DNA of 64,000 nt from a virus. The notes under the pieces were generated by a model, which ran no database searches, was not told the DNA's origin, and saw only the letters and a list, made by a program, of their open reading frames with translations. Shown in pieces: positions 25,067 through 34,849 of this stretch. The position numbers were made by a program, and so were the translations under genes. The first letter of the stretch is position 1; each line of letters starts with the position of its first letter. The DNA is taken from the IMG/VR virus record IMGVR_UViG_3300009163_000025, positions 24,349 to 88,348 of that record; one strand, 5' to 3'.

Positions 25067-25687
25067 TCAAGTTAAAATTTCAATCGCATGATTGTAATGA
25101 TTGATACGATCTTCAAGTCCAATGTAACCGCCATTAATGCGTTTAGTCATCAACTTCAAGTCTCCGATATCTGCTAAATCATTTAACTTAGCGGCAGTCC
25201 AAAACCAACCTGCTGAGTGAATTGCATATTCTGGATCAAGCAACATGTCTGGATTCTGTACTAAAGAATCATCTTCAAACATATTCTGCGACACTTTTAT
25301 ATAGTTATTTTTTCCTGTGATTTGAACAATTCCTCGACCACGATAAGTCCATCCATCATTACTACGTTCATCACCATTGCCCATACGATTTGCATAAACT
25401 CTATTTGCAATCTTTTGAGGTTGTCTTTCGTATTGCTTTGCAATCTCATCTGTTGGGAAGTATTTACCAAACGTTCCTCTGAGTCCCTTTGCACTATAGT
25501 TTAGGTTCTCTTGCATGAGAGTAAATCCACCCGATTCATGTCCACATTGTGCCATGAATGCCGCAACTCTTTGGGGCGTGTCGATATCGTAATCAGGTAA
25601 AATTGTGCTTAACAATTCATACCATTGATCAAAATTCTTTACTTTCGGCATCAATTGTTTTGCCGCTTCTGGTGTAAAAAAGTCCAT
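25067..25687 (-). CDS. GH19 (chitinase-class) endolysin
   Basis: FMAQCGHESGG, ENLNYS, YRGRGIVQITG and TKRINGG motifs. Confidence 0.92.
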   Translation of the reverse strand: MDFFTPEAAKQLMPKVKNFDQWYELLSTILPDYDIDTPQRVAAFMAQCGHESGGFTLMQENLNYSAKGLRGTFGKYFPTDEIAKQYERQPQKIANRVYANRMGNGDERSNDGWTYRGRGIVQITGKNNYIKVSQNMFEDDSLVQNPDMLLDPEYAIHSAGWFWTAAKLNDLADIGDLKLMTKRINGGYIGLEDRINHYNHAIEILT

Positions 25688-25693
25688 TGCTGT

Positions 25694-25724
25694 CTCCTAT
25701 TTTATAATCATAGGAGTATTTATA
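25694..25724 (-). promoter_or_regulatory. late promoter TATAAATA plus RBS-sequestering hairpin
   Basis: TATAAATA-CTCCTAT-N9-ATAGGAG-N6-ATG. Confidence 0.8.
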
Positions 25725-25725
25725 T

Positions 25726-26397
25726 TCAATCCCAAAGTGCTTGATAGTATTTTCCGAACAAACGAAATCCGTTCTTGATTCGTTCCTCAACAATTGCCAT
25801 GCCGTCATAGTCACATTTGTATGTGTGTTTGGGACCTTCTTCCAATCTAAACATTTTTGGCTTACCATTTTCATCCCACTCACAAGCAACCGACTTATGA
25901 TCAAATTCACCTGACCGATATCCTTCTTCCCACTCTTTATTGATGTGGTGATCGAATGCAAAAATCATTTCATCCATGACCCAATCCCAACGCTTGAAAT
26001 GGTTGTCATCGGTGTCCCATTCATTTTCTTTTGCTGGCGCTGAAGTAGACTTCAATTCTTCTGGCACATCTTCATCATCAACAAAAGGCGCACCATGCTT
26101 TTTATCTTTCAACTGTTTCAACATAGGCAAAGCAATTTGACCAAGAGTATGATCCATAGACCAAGTATCCCAATAGTCAATCTTCACATAGTCAATCTTA
26201 GGGTGAATTACATCCAAGACTTTTGCAATCACTTTGCAGATAGGGTCTAAAAAATTAACCCACTTCTCGTATGGTGCGTTAGGCTTGTCTTCGAGATTAT
26301 AGAACACATCATTAGTTTTTTCCCAAAAGCAAACAAACTCTAAGATGTGATATGGACTTAGCCAGTGATTACGATATCCGCTGATGTAGACTTTCAT
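25726..26397 (-). CDS. conserved phage hypothetical protein
   Basis: DTWSMDHTL, RWDWVMDEMIFAF and GFRLFGKYY motifs. Confidence 0.8.
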   Translation of the reverse strand: MKVYISGYRNHWLSPYHILEFVCFWEKTNDVFYNLEDKPNAPYEKWVNFLDPICKVIAKVLDVIHPKIDYVKIDYWDTWSMDHTLGQIALPMLKQLKDKKHGAPFVDDEDVPEELKSTSAPAKENEWDTDDNHFKRWDWVMDEMIFAFDHHINKEWEEGYRSGEFDHKSVACEWDENGKPKMFRLEEGPKHTYKCDYDGMAIVEERIKNGFRLFGKYYQALWD

Positions 26398-27869
26398 ATT
26401 GGTTGGTATTCGTTGATTTGTTTAAGGAATTCTTTATGATCTAATGCTTGAGTTGCAGTCAAAGCATCAATTATTTCTCTATACTCTTGTGGTGATGGAC
26501 GAACATTCTCAAAGCCCTTAATATTGATAGGCTTTTCAAATATTTCAAGTCCATAACCAACTTGAAGATAACTATACAAAGCAAAGTATACATTGATACG
26601 CATGTTTGGAATGTTATAGGGACGTAGATTTCCATCTTTAAGAAATGGAATCAAATTTCTAATATATTCTGGTGGAGGATTTTTCTCCACAAACTCAGTC
26701 CAAAATGGGCTATCTTTTCGTTTTGTGAGATAGTGAAAGTATACAAACCCCATAGTGTCATCCATGTTGTTTCTTGCAATATCGTTAAACACTTTGATAC
26801 TATTCTCATCGGGATTGTCAATCTCATTAATGAATTGACGGAAAGTATCTAACTCACCGACAGACAAAAAGATAGACGTTGATTCTAATGGTTCAATAAA
26901 ACTAGAAGACAATCCAACTGCAAGACAGTTTTTGATCCAATAGTTTTCAAAGCGACCTGGATTCAGATCAATAACTTTACGCACCTTGATTTCTTGCCCT
27001 AAGTATTCTTCAACTTCAGCCTTTGCTTGTTCTACTGTGATATAATCGGAATCGAAAACATAACCTGCACCTGTACGATGTTGCAGAGGAATTTGCCACA
27101 TCCATCCATACTTCATTGCAATTGCAGAAGTGTATGGTTTGAGTTCAGTCTCTTGAATCCAAAATGGAATCGCTTTCTTCATTGGCAGATATTTTGAATA
27201 CGATACCCATTCGTCTTTATACACTCCACCAATCAACAGTCTAGCCATGCCAGAACAATCAAAAACAAAGTCTACGGGAACACTACGCCCATCTTCAAGA
27301 TTCAATGCTTTAATATACTCACGTTCATCTTGTGTTGCGTGAGTATACACACCTTCAACAATTTCAATACCACGTTCAACACCTTTTTCGGATAAATATT
27401 TTGAAAATTCATTCGTATCGAAATGAATTGCCCATTCCGTTCTATGCAAATCAATTTTATTATCGTATGCTAGATGAATTTGATAATTGTAATCTTCTAA
27501 ACTCAAACCTTCAGCAATACATTTCTTCAAAAAGAAATCTTGCCCGTCTACACCAAATGTAGGTTGAACTGAGAAGTCTGTGACTTTATCACAAAATCCA
27601 TGCATGTAACGTTTCTCATCGCCATTCCAATTTTCAAAATTAATTCCACTCTTAATCGTGCCTTTAGTGCTTCGAATCAAATCGATGATATCAATATTAA
27701 TTTGCGAAAGAAACGCAACGATGTTTGGTGTTGTCGCTTCACCAACACCAATGATACCAATTTCTTTGCTTTGAACGACAGTAATTTTATCATTTGGAAA
27801 AACTGTATGTGCATACAATGCAGTCAACCAACCAGCGGTACCGCCACCCAATACTACGATATTTCTCAT
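26394..27869 (-). CDS. tryptophan-halogenase-family flavoprotein
   Basis: GGGTAG, GVGEAT, DCSG, WMWQIP and FIEPLESTS motifs. Confidence 0.9.
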   Translation of the reverse strand: MRNIVVLGGGTAGWLTALYAHTVFPNDKITVVQSKEIGIIGVGEATTPNIVAFLSQINIDIIDLIRSTKGTIKSGINFENWNGDEKRYMHGFCDKVTDFSVQPTFGVDGQDFFLKKCIAEGLSLEDYNYQIHLAYDNKIDLHRTEWAIHFDTNEFSKYLSEKGVERGIEIVEGVYTHATQDEREYIKALNLEDGRSVPVDFVFDCSGMARLLIGGVYKDEWVSYSKYLPMKKAIPFWIQETELKPYTSAIAMKYGWMWQIPLQHRTGAGYVFDSDYITVEQAKAEVEEYLGQEIKVRKVIDLNPGRFENYWIKNCLAVGLSSSFIEPLESTSIFLSVGELDTFRQFINEIDNPDENSIKVFNDIARNNMDDTMGFVYFHYLTKRKDSPFWTEFVEKNPPPEYIRNLIPFLKDGNLRPYNIPNMRINVYFALYSYLQVGYGLEIFEKPINIKGFENVRPSPQEYREIIDALTATQALDHKEFLKQINEYQPI

Positions 27870-28060
27870 GCTAACTCCATTTTTTTATTTCGTTTTTCTA
27901 TTTCTATAATATTTAATAGTCTTTTCGCTTCTTTATGAACTTCGCTAGTAACTGCCCACCCGAATCCTTCTGGATGCAATAAGTTTTCTAAAAAATGCAC
28001 AACCTCATCATACGTCTTTTGATTCATCATATATCCTTGTAAATGGACTGTTAACAACAA
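27866..28060 (-). CDS. hypothetical protein
   Basis: LLHPEGFGWAV motif. Confidence 0.55.
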   Translation of the reverse strand: MLLTVHLQGYMMNQKTYDEVVHFLENLLHPEGFGWAVTSEVHKEAKRLLNIIEIEKRNKKMELA

Positions 28061-28244
28061 AATCTTCAGGCAATGCTTCTACAATCTTTGTGAAATGATA
28101 TGGATCCGGATAGTGCCTTAGAATACTTCTCGCACGTTCACGCACGTATTTAGGCACTTTTGGTGTTACTTTGGGATTCAATAAATCTAAAAGTAATTGT
28201 TGTCCGCATCTCAACGAACGATATCTTTCATCGGGTAGAGTCAT
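28008..28244 (-). CDS. conserved phage hypothetical protein
   Basis: MTLPDERYR...PKVP..VRERA..LRHYP. Confidence 0.7.
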   Translation of the reverse strand: MTLPDERYRSLRCGQQLLLDLLNPKVTPKVPKYVRERARSILRHYPDPYHFTKIVEALPEDFVVNSPFTRIYDESKDV

Positions 28245-28716
28245 AATTATCTTTCCGAATGTGTTCGTCCATTGTGGTAAAAAATGTTTTCTTTTTCAAC
28301 TCATCATTCCATACTTTTGCGTAATCATTGTCTTTGTCGCACAATGCAAGTGCTTCTTCTTCAGTCACAATACGATGTGACATAATAGTTTCACCCAAAT
28401 GTTCTTGTGAAAATTCTTTTGCTTCACTTAGAGTAACAGTATCAAGTGCCCACTCCGATTTATCTTTACCATAGCGATCTGTGCCAATAGGAACTTCTAC
28501 CATGTAGCGTTCACGGAACATAGAAACGGCTTCAACAAGAACCCATTGTGTTTCTTTCTTTCTCATAGTCCAACTCCCATCACCATTGTCAATCCAATCT
28601 AAAGTGTCGCCAGTTTGCCAACCAGTTCCTGCAAGTATTTCATCATTCAATGGAAGAATCAAGTCACCAGTTTCGGCGTCTTTTTCCAACGTTATAATCC
28701 AAGATTTGTTTTCCAT
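28228..28716 (-). CDS. AbrB/MazE-like N-terminal domain protein
   Basis: GDLILPL.......GWQTGDTLDW swapped-hairpin pattern. Confidence 0.6.
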   Translation of the reverse strand: MENKSWIITLEKDAETGDLILPLNDEILAGTGWQTGDTLDWIDNGDGSWTMRKKETQWVLVEAVSMFRERYMVEVPIGTDRYGKDKSEWALDTVTLSEAKEFSQEHLGETIMSHRIVTEEEALALCDKDNDYAKVWNDELKKKTFFTTMDEHIRKDNYDSTR

Positions 28717-28766
28717 AGGTACTCCTTAAGCGAATACATTCATTATAACTTAACAACTGTGGAATG

Positions 28767-29060
28767 TCAAGCCATGAGCATTCGTGCTAAACCAATGCTA
28801 TCGATTGTCGTTAGCAATATGTAGTTAGCAAGCATCCCAAATGATTTCCGAGTATAACTAGCCCAAGCATAGATACCACAGCCGATGATCCAAATAGGGT
28901 ACAAAGTAAGTAGGGGCGGATTTGGGACTGTGACAGCCATGGTAATTGAACAGCCAATAGAAATAGCCCAAGCAAGACACTCAGCAACAAAACGAATACG
29001 ATTACTATACCAGTCATCTTTAATCCAATCTACAGTAGGTCTAAACAAATCAATAATCAT
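28767..29060 (-). CDS. small 3-TM membrane protein
   Basis: Three hydrophobic segments. Confidence 0.7.
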   Translation of the reverse strand: MIIDLFRPTVDWIKDDWYSNRIRFVAECLAWAISIGCSITMAVTVPNPPLLTLYPIWIIGCGIYAWASYTRKSFGMLANYILLTTIDSIGLARMLMA

Positions 29061-29061
29061 A

Positions 29062-29877
29062 TCAATCTAAATGAAAAAGTTGTGGATGATGTTTCATAAA
29101 ATGTTCACGCAATACTGCCCAATACTGATACATTTGCGGTGAATCCATTTTGAGTGAAAGTTCTTTAATCTCATTCAATACAACAAGCGGTTTTTCAAAC
29201 TCACCAGTATTGTAAACACTAAAATCAACTGGTTGACTATAAACTTTGTATTCGGGATGTAAATGTAGAAACGTAGAGAACAATCTTTCAACAATGAAAG
29301 GAAACATGCTGAGATTTTTATCTCTGCTGTAGTTTGCGCTACCATGATAAATCTCTGCATTCTCTCCAGTCAATGCTTCAAGTCTATCATAAATGTCTCT
29401 AACAAAATCTAAGTAATCTCGCCAAAAAACTTTTGTTGCAACAAAGTAACTTGAGTAACACACGTTCTTTGTCATAATAACATCTAGAATTTTTTCATTG
29501 TAACCTGCGGCTTTCAATGCGGCCGCAGTTACTTGTTTAATTCCTTTGTGAAATATTTCACCATGTTCCCAAACGTTATATGTAAATGCGCTAACAACCC
29601 TTGCATGATTGAATACGTACACATCATGTCCTGGATTATCATCAATTGAATTCATAATCACTTCAGATGAGTATCTAAGTTTTTGTTGCCAACGTGGACC
29701 GAAAACGCCCCATGCATCTAGACCATCTGCAACGTTTTCTTTTTCAATTCTATCAAAAGAATGAAACTCACGCAACTCAGGTCTTTCATTTGATGTATTA
29801 TCAAATGGCTTAAGTAAAGGATCAACTTTAGAGATTTGATCCTTGTCGAAACAAATTTGAAAAATTTCGTATTTCAA
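29062..29877 (-). CDS. hypothetical protein, glycosyltransferase-like
   Basis: LREF, YSSYFVA and PFIVERLFS motifs typical of polysaccharide-associated proteins. Confidence 0.55.
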   Translation of the reverse strand: MKYEIFQICFDKDQISKVDPLLKPFDNTSNERPELREFHSFDRIEKENVADGLDAWGVFGPRWQQKLRYSSEVIMNSIDDNPGHDVYVFNHARVVSAFTYNVWEHGEIFHKGIKQVTAAALKAAGYNEKILDVIMTKNVCYSSYFVATKVFWRDYLDFVRDIYDRLEALTGENAEIYHGSANYSRDKNLSMFPFIVERLFSTFLHLHPEYKVYSQPVDFSVYNTGEFEKPLVVLNEIKELSLKMDSPQMYQYWAVLREHFMKHHPQLFHLD

Positions 29878-30644
29878 TCTGACACCTGTGTACCGTTAGG
29901 CGCAATACCACCTTCAATTCCGATCTTATCAGGAACACGAATTTGTGTGGGATTTAAATAGTTAAAAAGCAAATGTTCAATGTCAATGTATCCGCCATTG
30001 TTAATTCGTGTTACCATGTGTGCATACATTGCTTGATAGCATTCTGTAATGTAGTTTATAAGACTAGTATCAAAACTCCATAAACGGCTCATATACTGTC
30101 TTGTAATTCCTCCAGTTGTTTCTGGTGGGAATTGACTTGTATACGGACCACGTATCACAATGCCATGTTTGGTTTTATTGTGAAAATCAAAATCGAAATT
30201 ATCATTCAGAATATATCTACCGCTTACTTTAAAAACTCTTGAATATTCTTTTTTAATTTGTTCTGCATTTTGTGTAAAGAACGTTCCATACATCAAAATT
30301 TCAATTGCATTTTTTACGATATCTTGACTCGGTACTGCTTGAATGCCTTTAACCTCTGTCTCATCTGTATACGAAATGAAACGGCTCATGCTACCCCTGA
30401 GAATATCTTTTTCACTATCAGATAGGTGTTTATATCCACCATCTAAAATAATAATGTCGGAATTAGGAACCTTTGTTTTAATTGAATCGCAAGTTGCAAT
30501 CGTTTGATTCAATCTTTCTTCCGCACTATAGATTCCGTGTTTAGCGTGTATTGCTGAAGATATGAGAAATAGTGACTTACTCTTTAGTTGCTCGTTTTGC
30601 TGGAGTTCGTTTTGTTGGGGGTTTTGTTGATTTTGATTTTGCAT
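29874..30644 (-). CDS. hypothetical protein, GT-A-like
   Basis: ERLNQT, FKVSGRY and DIEH motifs. Confidence 0.55.
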   Translation of the reverse strand: MQNQNQQNPQQNELQQNEQLKSKSLFLISSAIHAKHGIYSAEERLNQTIATCDSIKTKVPNSDIIILDGGYKHLSDSEKDILRGSMSRFISYTDETEVKGIQAVPSQDIVKNAIEILMYGTFFTQNAEQIKKEYSRVFKVSGRYILNDNFDFDFHNKTKHGIVIRGPYTSQFPPETTGGITRQYMSRLWSFDTSLINYITECYQAMYAHMVTRINNGGYIDIEHLLFNYLNPTQIRVPDKIGIEGGIAPNGTQVSD

Positions 30645-31227
30645 TTTTCACCTTATCAATTGCATCATTCTTTTTGCCGAGTCGTTTGACAACATCGTCT
30701 GCACTCATCCAAATGTCTTTATTATCTAGTATAGATTTAATTTCATCTTCTGTCAAAAAGTCTGCATAAACATTACGCATCATTTTATCTGACCATTTAC
30801 GTTCATATACTAATTCATCATACATCTCACCACCCTTACCGATGGTACCACCAGAGTAGTTGTGAAACATAAACATAGCATGTTCTGAGATTTCATATGC
30901 GCCAGCACTTAAGAAAATCATTGTTGCGGCTGACATACAAGCACCTTCAACCGATGCAACGATTGTAGCAGGAGTTTCTGCCATCACTCGCATAAACTGT
31001 ACTGCTGTGAATAGATCACCACCAGGAGAATTGATATGTAGTCTAACAACATCACTTTCTGATGTATTACGCATAGTCTCAAATATTTCAATATAATCTT
31101 CTGCTTCAGTAATTGCACCAGACAAATAGATTGAGTATACATGTCCAATCGGTTTAGGTTGTCTAGGTTTTTTACTGTCGTTTAAATTAAATAATTGTGA
31201 CGTTACCTGTTCTTCTTCCATTTTCAT
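30577..31227 (-). CDS. ClpP-like serine protease
   Basis: INSPGG, GACMSAAT (catalytic Ser) and MFH motifs. Confidence 0.85.
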   Translation of the reverse strand: MKMEEEQVTSQLFNLNDSKKPRQPKPIGHVYSIYLSGAITEAEDYIEIFETMRNTSESDVVRLHINSPGGDLFTAVQFMRVMAETPATIVASVEGACMSAATMIFLSAGAYEISEHAMFMFHNYSGGTIGKGGEMYDELVYERKWSDKMMRNVYADFLTEDEIKSILDNKDIWMSADDVVKRLGKKNDAIDKVKNAKSKSTKPPTKRTPAKRATKE

Positions 31228-31262
31228 AAATTCTCACTTTCTGCTAGAATATCTATTATACT

Positions 31263-31838
31263 CTATTGGGTTTCAGTTGTCAACTTATCTACTCCATACT
31301 TACATATCCAGTAAGCATCAATCAAATCGGAAGACGGATTCCATTGCTTCTCTGTCATATGTAGTTCTTCTTTAAGCCGAATGTTTGTGTTCTCTTCAAA
31401 AACTTCTTGCATTCTTGCCTTATCTGCATTACCTTTACCAGTGGCAAACTTCTTAATCACGGTAGGTGGTATAGTTTCAAATGTGACATGAAAGTTCCAT
31501 AATCTATATTTAAACACGCCTGTGTTTTCGGCTATATGAAAAACTCTGCCCTTTGAACCCATTGAATAATCTTCAATGAAAACTTTAACTTCATCGTCTA
31601 GTTCTAAGATTCTATCGATAAAAAAACTAGAGATGATATCGTATCTTTGCATCTCATTTGTATATTCAAAAAAATAACCTTTTACATTTTTAAATTTAAC
31701 ATCATATTTTTTGCTTTGCGTCATGTAGTGCAAATCACAATTTTCAAATTTAAAATCATTACTCTCAATATTGTATAAACATATTGCAGGTGAAGTCATT
31801 GAATAGTCAACGCCAGCAACATACATTATTCTTTCCAA
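31263..31838 (-). CDS. RuvC-like Holliday junction resolvase
   Basis: GVDYS, FIEDY, KKFATGKGNADK and DLIDAY motifs. Confidence 0.85.
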   Translation of the reverse strand: MERIMYVAGVDYSMTSPAICLYNIESNDFKFENCDLHYMTQSKKYDVKFKNVKGYFFEYTNEMQRYDIISSFFIDRILELDDEVKVFIEDYSMGSKGRVFHIAENTGVFKYRLWNFHVTFETIPPTVIKKFATGKGNADKARMQEVFEENTNIRLKEELHMTEKQWNPSSDLIDAYWICKYGVDKLTTETQ

Positions 31839-32035
31839 TCATCAACATCGTCTAAGCCTTCTTCGGATAACTTATCCCAATCATTCTCATCTTCATCGTA
31901 TTCTTTTATCAAATCATCGTTTAATGTTTCACCACAATATGCACAATGTGCTGGTGGATCAATATTGATTCCATCCAATGACGTTACTGAGTATTCAGCG
32001 TCACACGATTCACAAACTACTTCGTATGTTGGCAT
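31826..32035 (-). CDS. zinc-ribbon protein
   Basis: CxxC...CxxC with acidic tail. Confidence 0.7.
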   Translation of the reverse strand: MPTYEVVCESCDAEYSVTSLDGINIDPPAHCAYCGETLNDDLIKEYDEDENDWDKLSEEGLDDVDDWKE

Positions 32036-32045
32036 TTTTTTCTCC

Positions 32046-32678
32046 TTATTCGTACATTATTGTATCTGCATCACCAATCGCCCATTTTGGATTTTGCTCT
32101 ACAATGTATTTTTTTGTGCAGACTTTAAAGTCCGGAAATAGCATCTCTTTCGGATTGCTTGCGGCATCAAGAAATATGCAACGATTGTTCGGCTGTGCCG
32201 CATACTGTCCGTTGTCTAGTTCAAGAAAGTTATATGATTTATGATCTTCTGGATTCTCGCTATCACCCATATCTAGATGTTCATCTGATGCACAATTGTC
32301 AACAGTAAACATATAATTACCTTGATACCATTGTTTATCTTTAGCATAAAATTTGCCACTTAGATTTAATAGAAATGATTTTTGTATTACAGTAAGGTCA
32401 TACGATAAACAATCCCATATCTGTAAATGATCTAGAGGCAGAAATTTATCTCTATCTAAATCGTGATTTCTACTCACATACGCTTCTAATGGAAGTTTAT
32501 CATACAATGCTCCATACTCAGGCAAATACGATTCGATGAAGAATGCCCTACGGCTCATTGATTTGATTGATATCCAAATACAAGGTACGTATTCACCAAA
32601 GCCTTTTTCAAAATTATAAAGAAATTCTTTTCTTATATAACATCTAACTCTTGGTGTGTTTGCAACTAAAAAACTCAT
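32046..32678 (-). CDS. conserved phage hypothetical protein
   Basis: GALYDKLP, QIWDC and GQYAAQPNNR motifs. Confidence 0.8.
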   Translation of the reverse strand: MSFLVANTPRVRCYIRKEFLYNFEKGFGEYVPCIWISIKSMSRRAFFIESYLPEYGALYDKLPLEAYVSRNHDLDRDKFLPLDHLQIWDCLSYDLTVIQKSFLLNLSGKFYAKDKQWYQGNYMFTVDNCASDEHLDMGDSENPEDHKSYNFLELDNGQYAAQPNNRCIFLDAASNPKEMLFPDFKVCTKKYIVEQNPKWAIGDADTIMYE

Positions 32679-32684
32679 ATATTT

Positions 32685-32834
32685 TTACCAATGCCTTATA
32701 ACGCCTGCTACAATAAACAGATTCGTTATTATATAGCAAAGTACAATAGTTGTTCTAATAATTGCAACTTTATCCGATTCTTTATCACACTCACTAGATT
32801 TGTGTCCTAGTGCTTTTGCCCACAGTCGCCACAT
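32685..32834 (-). CDS. small membrane protein (49 aa, MWRLWAKALG...)
   Basis: Hand translation; family common in T4-like aquatic phages. Confidence 0.65.
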   Translation of the reverse strand: MWRLWAKALGHKSSECDKESDKVAIIRTTIVLCYIITNLFIVAGVIRHW

Positions 32835-32836
32835 GG

Positions 32837-33136
32837 TTATTGAGTGCAAGTTCTTTCACGATAGATTCTTCCATCGGATTGCTGAATTTCTTTCCAATCA
32901 GTACACACTTGAGGTGACTGTTGAATTATAACGGGCTGTTGTTGTACATATATTGGTTGCGGTTGAACATATATGGGTTGTTGTCTTGCAATTTCATATC
33001 CAATGACACCGCCGATGATTGTAGGTCCAATCCAACTGTATGGTCTAATTCCATAGCCGTGATGACGGCCGTGATGATGTTGTGCAAATGCTGAAGCAGA
33101 CACCATCAACAAAAATATAGTTAATAGTTTTTTCAT
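32837..33136 (-). CDS. exported Pro/Gln-rich protein
   Basis: Signal peptide, QPIYVQ repeats, Cys pair. Confidence 0.65.
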   Translation of the reverse strand: MKKLLTIFLLMVSASAFAQHHHGRHHGYGIRPYSWIGPTIIGGVIGYEIARQQPIYVQPQPIYVQQQPVIIQQSPQVCTDWKEIQQSDGRIYRERTCTQ

Positions 33137-33137
33137 G

Positions 33138-33608
33138 TTATTCACACCAAGAAGTTTTTGCTTCGCCGTAGTATTCACGGGCTAGCCCGTTTGCAATCAA
33201 TGCTTGGCGTAAACTTTTTCCGTCTAAGATAACATCACCAAGAAGACGGCCACCATACTTGTCCCAATCCATTACAATGACTTGGCGTTTCTTTGCAGAA
33301 GTAACTGCTTTTTTTGTGAATTCAGTAGCCTTTTGTCCCATCACATCTTCTTTTGGGCATTGCGCTCTGAATCCTTTTTCTGGTGTGTCAACACCAAAGA
33401 CACGGATGCTCAATTCTTTTTTGAGTGGGTCTGGAAGCCAAGGCGCTTCAACCGCAACAGTATCCCCGTCAATCACTCTAGTGATCACAGCGTCATACAA
33501 AACTCCTGGTTTTTGTTTTCCTGTTTGTGCGTGTGCATTCAATGCAGAAAATGTAAATCCTGCAACAATCAATGCAAGAGCAAAAAATACATATGTTAAT
33601 TGTTTCAT
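33138..33608 (-). CDS. staphylococcal-nuclease (SNase) family protein
   Basis: VIDGDT, GVDTPE and DKYGGRLL motifs; signal peptide. Confidence 0.9.
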   Translation of the reverse strand: MKQLTYVFFALALIVAGFTFSALNAHAQTGKQKPGVLYDAVITRVIDGDTVAVEAPWLPDPLKKELSIRVFGVDTPEKGFRAQCPKEDVMGQKATEFTKKAVTSAKKRQVIVMDWDKYGGRLLGDVILDGKSLRQALIANGLAREYYGEAKTSWCE

Positions 33609-34597
33609 GCCGCTTTACCCCATACGTCTGCCCAATCACCTTTTGTAGCACCCTTTGCATAATCGGTTGCTCTGTTCTCAAAGAAATTAGTATGCGTTGG
33701 CGCATTAATCATTTCTTCAACCCAAGGTAATGGATTTCTTTTAACTTTAAAAATGCCTTTTAGTCCAAGACTGATAAGGCGCCTGTCTGCAATATAACGA
33801 ATGTACTTCTTAACTTCTTCTGAGGTGAGTCCTTCCATCTCATTGATGCCGAATGCCAAGTCAATAAACTTATCTTCAAGTTCAACCATTCTTTCTGCAA
33901 TAGTATATATCTTTGATTTAAGTTCATCATTCCAAATTTCAGGGTTTTCTTCTATGTATGTACGAAATAGTTTAATCATACCTTCGCAATGTTGAGTTTC
34001 ATCAACGATTGACCAAGTTACAATTTGCCCCATGCCTTTCATCTTACCTGTGCGTGGAAAATTCAAAAGCATAATGAATGAAGAGAACAACTGCATACCT
34101 TCCGTGAATGCTGAAAATACTGCAATATGTGTAGCAGTAGATTGCAAGTCACCATTCTTATCTGAAATGTCTAACACATAATCGTGTTTGTCTTTCATTT
34201 CTTGATATGCTAAGAATTCGTTATATGTTGTATCTGGCAGACCCAATGTTTCAATAAGGTGTGAGTATGCGGCAACGTGCAATGCTTCTCTAGCGGCAAA
34301 GCCAAGCAACATCATACGTACTTCTGGTTGCTTGAAGTATGGCAGATAGTTTTTTACATAACCACCAGCAACGTCAATGTCACCTTGAGTAAAGAATCTA
34401 AAGATGTTTGTGAGAAAATGTTTCTCTTCTGCACTAAGTTTTTTCTTCCAATCTTTTACGTCTTCAGCCATAGGCACTTCAGTATGCAACCAATGTGATT
34501 GTTCATGCTTAAGCCAAGCATCATAAGCCCAAGGATAGTTAAATGGTTTGAAACTATTTCTGTCTTCTAACAAACTACTATTCTTCTTTTTAACCAT
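33605..34597 (-). CDS. nrdB: class Ia ribonucleotide reductase beta subunit
   Basis: FFTQGD, EALH..AY, TEGMQLFSSF, DETQH and NFFE motifs. Confidence 0.95.
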   Translation of the reverse strand: MVKKKNSSLLEDRNSFKPFNYPWAYDAWLKHEQSHWLHTEVPMAEDVKDWKKKLSAEEKHFLTNIFRFFTQGDIDVAGGYVKNYLPYFKQPEVRMMLLGFAAREALHVAAYSHLIETLGLPDTTYNEFLAYQEMKDKHDYVLDISDKNGDLQSTATHIAVFSAFTEGMQLFSSFIMLLNFPRTGKMKGMGQIVTWSIVDETQHCEGMIKLFRTYIEENPEIWNDELKSKIYTIAERMVELEDKFIDLAFGINEMEGLTSEEVKKYIRYIADRRLISLGLKGIFKVKRNPLPWVEEMINAPTHTNFFENRATDYAKGATKGDWADVWGKAA

Positions 34598-34835
34598 TTA
34601 AAAACTCCGTTAATTTTTCTTTTGTTTGCATACCAATAAGTCTTCCAACTTCAGTATTATTTTCGTCTAACTTGATCAGCGTTGGAACACCACGCACACC
34701 ATAAAACATTGGTATGTCAGTAGATTGATCGATATCAATCACTTCAATTGGAATATTTGTTTCGATATCAGCAAGTGTCATTGCTAATCCTTTGCATGGT
34801 TGACACCATGATGCTGTAAATCTAAGTACTTTCAT
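34590..34835 (-). CDS. thioredoxin
   Basis: WCQPC and VPTL motifs. Confidence 0.9.
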   Translation of the reverse strand: MKVLRFTASWCQPCKGLAMTLADIETNIPIEVIDIDQSTDIPMFYGVRGVPTLIKLDENNTEVGRLIGMQTKEKLTEFLNG

Positions 34836-34849
34836 TTTTTACCCTTAAG

